In this document: in pieces, positions 56,581-64,000 of the stretch
Layout: the number at the start of each line of letters is the position of its first letter
Position numbering within the stretch: position 1 is the stretch's first letter
Source: Eledone cirrhosa
Taxonomy: Eukaryota
Direction: 5' to 3'
Assembly: GCA_964016885.1 (NCBI GenBank)
Contig: OZ024740.1
Location: 266,848,001-266,912,000 of the forward strand
Length of the DNA stretch: 64,000 nt
Notes under the pieces: generated by a model
Told to the model about the DNA's origin: nothing
Seen by the model: the letters and a program-made list of their open reading frames with translations, nothing else
The model's database searches: none
Position numbers and translations under genes: made by a program

Positions 56581-57896
56581 CGATTTTCCTAGAGGCTAAG
56601 GTCGGATATTTTTTCGACGGACCATATAGAAAAAGTTTATTAATTTAGATAGTGAAAAATATTTTGCTTATTTTATATTTATGTGAGAGTTAATATATCT
56701 CAGGTAGGTTTTATTCTTATTTCATTGAGCTCACAATCTTAAGATCTTGAGTTCGATTCCTGTAGATGAAAACACATTATGTCCTTGAGCAAGACACTTT
56801 ATTTCCTGTTGCATCAATCCATTCTACTGGAAAATATGAGTTTCTATTACACTGGTGTCAAGCTATATTGGCCTTTGCCTTTCCGATGGATAACATCGGT
56901 GGCATGGAAAGGAGCGACTGACATCCATAGACGATTGTTTGTTTTCCACTAAAATACTTTACCCAGGCTTGCTTCTTGCAATGGAACTTTCCTGGTGCAC
57001 ACCCGTGGTCACACACATATACACACATATACAAACTTTTAAAATAATTTTACATTTATAATTTTTCTGTGTCGTCAAACCTTTTCGTTGGAAATAGGTT
57101 TGAGTGGATCTGTATTAATACCAATGTCAATTCCTGGCAGAAGCCACCGATTTTCTAGCAACCGGAGGTGGGATTTCAATCCAAAACACACAAAACCGAT
57201 ATTTTAATAATTCCGATAATCCACCAACAAAGGACTGATACTTTTTGCTATCGAACTTTCATTGACGATGAAAGGCAAAGTTGATTTCAACGTTATTTGA
57301 ATCCATAGCGTTCAAATGGAACATTTAACCTGATGCACGAATGACTCGGTATATTTGCAGCTTATGTGAAAGTGTGTGTGTGTGTGTGTGTGTGTGTTTT
57401 TTTTTAAGTCGATTTTTAGCTTTTCTCTTTTCTAATTGGTGAACCTAGGAAAGAAGCTGGTAACTTTTTAGTTATAATTTTATTCACCAGCATGAAAAAA
57501 AAATTAAAATTAATGACATTTTACCAATTAATGGAATTTTCAATTCTTTGAAAACATTCACATTTTTGTACGATTTTGGTATCTCAGCAAACGGCTGTCT
57601 TCTTTCAACTGATTCAGAGCCTATATCATAACCATTAAACTTTAAAGACAGAATTAATGTGAAGATATTAATATTAGTATCTGATAACATTTCATAGTGT
57701 ATGCTGAATAAAATAAAATAAAAAAACAGAAGTTATTCTTTGGAACTGATTCTAAAGAATCACTTGTTTGTTCCTTTTAACACGAGCATGTCATCAAAAA
57801 CTGAGAGCTAAAAGACGAGATATTATATAATAAGAAGAAAGGAAAGTGTGTGAGAGAGAGAGAGATGCAGATATGCAGGGAGAGTGGGAAAGATAC

Positions 57897-57930
<34 letters not shown>

Positions 57931-58599
57931 GGAGAGATATGCAGAGAAAGAGGTACAAAGTGAGAGAAAGAGAGACAGGCAGATAGAGGAGAGAGAGGTG
58001 GAAATAAGAAAGTAAGTCATACAAACAGAGAGAAAGATAAAGAGGAGGAGGGCAAAGAGAAATTAATACTAATTTTAATGGAGATAACGGTAAATACGAA
58101 ATGATATACTTGGATAGATGGATAGATGGATATATGTTCTACACCGCGTATTTTGTGCCTTTTTCTTTAGTTCGTTTGTAAACAAAAACCTATATATATA
58201 TATATACTTCATATATATCAGTTACACCATAAAGCGCTCCAAATTTAGGAGATAAATCCTTACGGTAAATATTGATGCAACTCAACTCAAGCACTCAACG
58301 TACTTTTTCCAAACTCTGAGGTTCCAACATTTCCTCTCTCTTCGAACACTCCATTTTCCGAAGAAGGACCTATTTCCGAAACGCCCAACCCTCTTATACT
58401 TCCTCCTAAGCGTGTTAGTAAAAAGCCAATAAGCCTTTGTATTTTTGCAACTCTATGTTTGTCTTGCAATTTCTTGAACTACCTATATATATATATATGG
58501 TGTGTACGTATATATCGATATTAATAAAGTTGACGGCCGTATGTATGTATGTATGTATGTATGTATGTATGTATGTATGTATGTATGTATGTATGTATG

Positions 58600-58630
<31 letters not shown>

Positions 58631-59258
58631 CAAACTTTTGGCCAAACGGCTGGACCAAACGGCACCAAATTTGCACCATAGATGTAACTTTTTCCAAGGA
58701 AGAAAGTGAAGGTATTTTTGTCTACTAAATTTCGTTATTCTTGATTAAAGATATTTTATTGTTTATTTAAAGATTCACTTCTTTAAAATGTTCAAATGTC
58801 AACACTTCCGATTAGCGATCGCTTAAATAAACATTCATATATTTTGCAGTTTATATATATCGTCTTTTTTTAAAATGTATCATGCATTAAATTTCTGTGT
58901 ATATTGTCAATCTATCTCTATATTAATAAAGCTGACGGCCGTATGTAAAGTGAGGAGTACATTACTGGTACTTTATTATATATAATATATATAATACGAC
59001 ATTCCTCTCTCTTTCTTACTCTGTCTTTTTAGATAGATACATAGCTATAACGTTGCGCGCTTATAATATCTGTCTGTATGTCTGCCTGTCTGCATTGACT
59101 TCGCTTCTAACCAACTTTTAATTAATTATATATATATATCGTTTTCGGTGCGCCCGGCCGATTAACTCACTCGATATGCAAATTAGGCTGCTCAACCTTT
59201 AATATGCAAAAGGAAAGTATATACTTTCAGACGTTCAGTCATCTAGTAGGAAGGTATA

Positions 59259-59299
59259 CGTTGCTGACGATAGCTAATAAGCTTGAAACTAGTACAGCG
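59259..59299 (+). ncRNA. Minimal type-I hammerhead ribozyme motif
   Basis: cgttg CTGACGA t AGCT aata AGCT t GAAAC TA GTA cagcg. Homolog of 19698-19738 with pairing-preserving stem I changes. Confidence 0.75.
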
Positions 59300-59798
59300 T
59301 TCCTTTGTCAGTGTTGAACAAATGAGCAACGATGGTTGCTAGACACTGTACGGCTTAATTCAGGATGTTTGTTTACAAACACAGCGAGCATGTCTGTCGG
59401 AAAGGTGCGAAACGTGTCCTCCGCTGTTCGTTGTTTTGAATATCTGAGGTATTCAGCAGAGCGCGCGTGCGCGTGAAATGTGGTCGGTCAAGTCGGCAAG
59501 AAGAGGTCGGTGGCCGAAATAGTTCTTTCGATTGTGGGAGTGGGGTGACGCTAGCTGTCAGTCCATAGTATTCTCTGCCTGTTTGGTGAATGTTACTGTG
59601 TGTGTATGTGTGTGTGTGCGTGTGTTGTTGTCTCGCTTGAGTGTGTGTGTGCGTGTGTTGTTGCTTTGTTCCTCTGTATTGGCAGTGTAGTATGTTCGTA
59701 TGGTGGAATGCTACTGTGTGTGTGTGTGTGCGTGTGTTGCTGTATCGCTTGTGTGTGTGTGTGCGTGTGTTGCTGCATCGTTTGTTTACTTAAACCAA

Positions 59799-60287
59799 TC
59801 ACCTCATTTCGCTTCTCTCGGATCGGTTGTTTATTTGTGGCCCTAGGCGTTTGATCCAATGTGCTTCCTTGATAGGTAATGTGCCGACGTTTCTTTCTGA
59901 CGCTAGAATTAAGACAATGGGCCTTCCGTCTTTGTTTCTGCATTTGGCTATGTGTTTCCAGAAAGACGAGGCCCTGGTGTTAGTGTGCTCCTTGATCCGG
60001 ATGTGCAGCGGCCGGATTGTGCTACCTATATAGTATTGGTTGCACTTGTTACATTTTATCTTAAACACGACGTATGTGCGTAGGCAACAGTTCGCATGGT
60101 GCATCGGGCAGTCTCTGAGGAAGCACGCGTCAGTTGATTTCCCGGGTTTCCTGGAGAGGCATCTTCGCAGGGAGGGGCCCGAGTGGGCCAGGTGGATGTC
60201 GAGGCCATCCCTCCGTATAGCCTTGAGGATAGCGTTGGTGGTATTCTTGCCCAGGTGTGGCATATATATATGGATGCCGTAGAACAC
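59799..60287 (-). mobile_element. Penelope-like element GIY-YIG endonuclease 3' fragment
   Basis: CFLRDCPMH...VVFKIKCNKCNQYYIGSTIRPLHIRIKEH...EAHWIKRLGPQINNRSE is a typical PLE zinc linker plus GIY-YIG domain. Confidence 0.9.
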
Positions 60288-61451
60288 GCCAATGGTGGAT
60301 TTATTTAATGAAATCGATAGAGCTGGCCTTTCTCATCTTTCCATGCAAGCAGCATACAGATTAGCACCACCAATCTCACTAAACAATACAATTCCCCCTT
60401 TGTCCTTTTGACTCACGCGCGTGAAATCACATTTTAACTGAAGCCAATCACTATCATTCATGATTGACCCATCATAACTTGATTGGTTATTCGATTTCCA
60501 TGCGTCAACCTCCCCCGAATAACACCTATATAAAGAGCAAACATGACCCTGTACAAACAATCAAAGAGTCCCGGCCTGGCCGCAAGATCCGATTTTCTAG
60601 AGTCTGAAGATGATCATGAACGTCGCCTTCAGCAGATGAGGACTCATGCAAGAACCAGTCGAGCAGGCCAGCCTAAAGAGGAGCGCCAGTCTCGCCTTCA
60701 GCAGATGAGGACTCATGCGACCGCCATTCGATCAACCCAGCCTCAAGAGCAGCGCTAGTCTCACCTTCAGCAACTGAGGACTCATGCGAGAGCCATTCGA
60801 TCAGCCCAGTCTCAAGAGCAGCGAGTCACCACAATAGCCCCCCCCCCCCTTAGCTCCGTAGTCGGAAGATAGTGCAGGAACGTACCTCTTATTGAAAACC
60901 ACACACTTGCCACTAGCATTTCATCCAGACTTACATAGAAAGAAGAGATGGGTATGTTTACTGGAGGGGGAAATATAGGTCAGTGAGGGCATGCTGGTAA
61001 CAACGGGGATCATGAAGACAATCAAGCAGCGTGTTGACGCATTCAGCCGAAATCACCACTATATTCCTTGCTACGTTAATTACCAGTACATTAAACTAGC
61101 AGGCCCAACCGGATAGCGCCTGGTGGTAGGCCTGCATCAGATCTTTTAGAAAGCCATCACAACCAGTGCGACAATAGCAGGATTGGTCCAACACCACAGT
61201 TGTAACTTTTACCACGGAATCGAGTGATTATAGTTCGTTGAGCACTCCAGTGGTGGTGGTGGTGGTATTTTTCACGCGCCAGAAATGAGTCACCATGATA
61301 GCCCCCCCCCCCCCCCCTCGGTACGTACTCGGAACGACAATGTGACTTGAGAGGGCGTGCGGTATCTTTGCACTGGAGTGGAGGGGGGGGGGGGCTTCAT
61401 GAAAAGATAAAATACCGGTATACCTAGCCGGGTGCCAGGATGGGTCAGCTA

Positions 61452-61489
<38 letters not shown>

Positions 61490-61518
61490 AGAGAGAGAGA
61501 GAGAAGGAGAGATAGTTG

Positions 61519-61552
<34 letters not shown>

Positions 61553-62364
61553 CATGTGTGTTATTAGATTAGATAGATAGGTAGATACATAAATAGAGAG
61601 ATAAATGAAAAATGATGTTTGTGTGAGATAAAAGAGAACAAACACAAAAGGAAAGAAGTTTTAACTATGAGGGAAATAAGAGAAGAGATGAGATAGAAAA
61701 TATAATGAGAAAGAGGGAAAGAGGGGGAGGGGGAGGGGGAGGGGGAGGAAGAAAAACTGAAGGAGAGGGAGTGTGTGTGAGAAAGAATGAGCGAGAGAGA
61801 TTGAAAGAGAGAAAGAGAGGTGCGCCAATATAAGGTGGGAGAAGGTGAAGTGACAACATCCTGACCTAAAAACCAATTCCATTACTGGTGTTCTTTGCAT
61901 GCAATTGTTCATTGAACTAATAACTACCGTCCTCATTATATAAGCTAGTACCATCCGTGCCAAATATGACATTTAACACAGTAAAAATTGCAGCGACTAT
62001 ATACTCGTTATAACGAAACCAAGTACTTCACTTACCATATTATACTTTACTCTGTAGAACTCTGCTGCTCTCATTCTTGTGATATACTTATTTGCAATTC
62101 CAGGACGACAGACGATTAAATAATGAATTATTTAAAGTTTTTATTTTATTTTATTGTAGAATACTATAGTAATACGGATTGTATATTAAATCGCAATGAT
62201 AACAATAACGAGGGTTTTAAGAGAACACACACATGCACGTACGCACACAGACACTCACACACACACAAACTCTCACACACACACACATATATATATATAA
62301 CAGTAGAACACTCAAGGGTTATATCCGTAGTAGTAGAGCACTCGGTCCATGGGACGAGTTTGGT

Positions 62365-62470
62365 AGAAGTAGTTCCACAACAGTTAGTTCACCATACCCG
62401 AGCTAAGGTTCCGCATAGGGTGAAATATTTGTTCACGGTATGGTAAACTAACTTTTGTGGAACTACTTCT
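62365..62470. repeat. Inverted repeat abutting (CT)n(TA)n
   Basis: agaagtagttccacaacagttagttcaccatacc pairs with ggtatggtaaactaacttttgtggaactacttct. Confidence 0.75.
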
Positions 62471-62476
62471 CTCTCT

Positions 62477-62586
<110 letters not shown>

Positions 62587-62769
62587 ATATGTGTGTGTAT
62601 GTGTGTGTGTGTGTGTGTAGCTGACGGATGACAGCAAAGAGTACTCAGTACGGAAGTTGTGTTTAAATATTCATTTATTACGGCTAAGTAGTGAGTCCTG
62701 TCACTCATCTGCGCACTCGCAGGTGAAACTCTAGAGTAACAAGACTCACCACTTAACCATAATAAATGA

Positions 62770-62855
<86 letters not shown>

Positions 62856-62972
62856 ACATATATATATATATATGTGCAAAAGTTTTATTTAAAATTGTTG
62901 GGTTACAACGAGTAAATATTTTATAACTGATATAAAAGCACTCAACAAGTTTTGGAGTATTTTACGATATTA

Positions 62973-63162
62973 TTCACTCCAACTAATTAGTTTCTGTAAG
63001 GGAATAAATATGGTTACAGAGCATATCCACAGAGAAACCTTACGTCATCAGGGAGTCTATTCTCAGCTTAGCTGAGAATAGACTCCTTGATGTAAGGTTT
63101 CTCTGTGGATATGCTCTGTAACCATATTTATTCCCTTACAGAAACTAATTAGTTGGAGTGAA
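62973..63162. mobile_element. Fold-back (~95-bp arms) containing a hammerhead in each arm
   Basis: Palindrome centred at 63069. Minus strand 63056-62976: actcc CTGATGA c GTAAGG...CCTTAC a GAAAC TAATTA GTT ggagt. Confidence 0.85.
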
Positions 63163-63323
63163 ATTTTAGTAAGTAAGTCAATTTTCATAACTTTCTTATT
63201 TACGTCTTTCATATAATTGTTCTGCATCCCCTTGCATAGAACCGCAAAGTTACTAAGACAAAACATATATATTTTCTAGCATAGATATGCATCTGTATAC
63301 ATATGTTGGTAGATATACTAATT

Positions 63324-63370
<47 letters not shown>

Positions 63371-63451
63371 CTTTCACTCTTTTAAGTTGTGAAATAGACT
63401 GGTTATCTACGCACGCAGCTGACACATTTCAGCTCGCTACTATATTGCTAT

Positions 63452-63640
63452 ATAATTGTTTCTACTTTAGGCACAAGGCCAGCAATTACCCAGTACATTA
63501 CTGGTACTTTATTTTATCGACCCAGTAAGGATGAAAGGCAAATTTAACCTCGGCGGGATTTGAACTCAGATCGTAAAGGGACGTAACTACGCTGCAAAGC
63601 TTGTCCGACCCTCTACCAATACTGTCAATTCACCGCCCTT
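63452..63640 (-). mobile_element. Major SINE with TSD tattgctatataat
   Basis: Full SINE in minus orientation with a flanking duplication. Confidence 0.9.
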
Positions 63641-64000
63641 TTATTGCTATATAATGGATAATCGCATTTAAAGTCCGTTAAAGGTTCTTGGCACTACCAT
63701 TGTTACCATCGCTTTCCTCTATCCATGGGGCTTGGAGACATGAACTGGATGCTACCATTCTATTTTATATCAATGTGAACTGCTATTTCTAATAGCCATC
63801 TTTTCACCCCTTGATAATTTGAGTGTGAGACACGTTGGCTTAGGCTTCTGACAGGAACGAAAAGATTGATTCTTTTTAGCTTCCCGTCCCCACGTAAAAT
63901 GTGTAAATCAGTGGCTAGTTGAGAGATAGAGTCCTATCGGGTGCCAGTTGCTAATAGCTTTACCGTGTCAGTCGTCACAAATAGTCATGGCCAGCATAGA

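Larger units (their letters stand above)
58510..61452 (+). mobile_element. Helitron-like element with nested PLE fragment and Rep-Hel N-terminal-like repeats
   Basis: 5' tc.atattaataaag(c/t)tgacggccgtatg(TATG)n (partly duplicated at 58917). ORF 60543-60758 has (E/Q)RxxRLQQMRTHA repeats. 3' GC-rich stretch then CTAG at 61449-61452. Joining the two ends into one element is inference. Confidence 0.5.

Overview
Eukaryotic, AT-rich, microsatellite-saturated DNA. The dominant ~190-bp tRNA-derived SINE and the microsatellite load suggest a coleoid cephalopod, probably Octopus (inference). The only host coding sequence I can support is the first coding exon of an SLC6 Na+/Cl- neurotransmitter transporter (559-799, +, ending at a phase-1 GTGAGT donor). 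I did not find the next exon by eye, so the remaining ~63 kb appears to be one giant intron. It contains many SINE copies, mariner and hAT MITEs, non-autonomous Helitrons, RTE/CR1/CRE LINE fragments, a bipartite RTE-derived element, Penelope-like element (PLE) fragments and a 116-bp higher-order minisatellite. The most striking structure is a set of more than ten fold-back (hairpin) insertions from several unrelated sequence families, mostly abutting (TA)n/(CT)n tracts. Some carry minimal type-I hammerhead ribozyme cores with palindromic stem III, and one wraps a PLE GIY-YIG C-terminus. This points to PLE-driven, microsatellite-associated fold-back insertion of ribozyme-bearing pLTR fragments. 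Nearly all ORFs in the supplied track are microsatellite artefacts. All coordinates were read by eye and may be off by a few bases.
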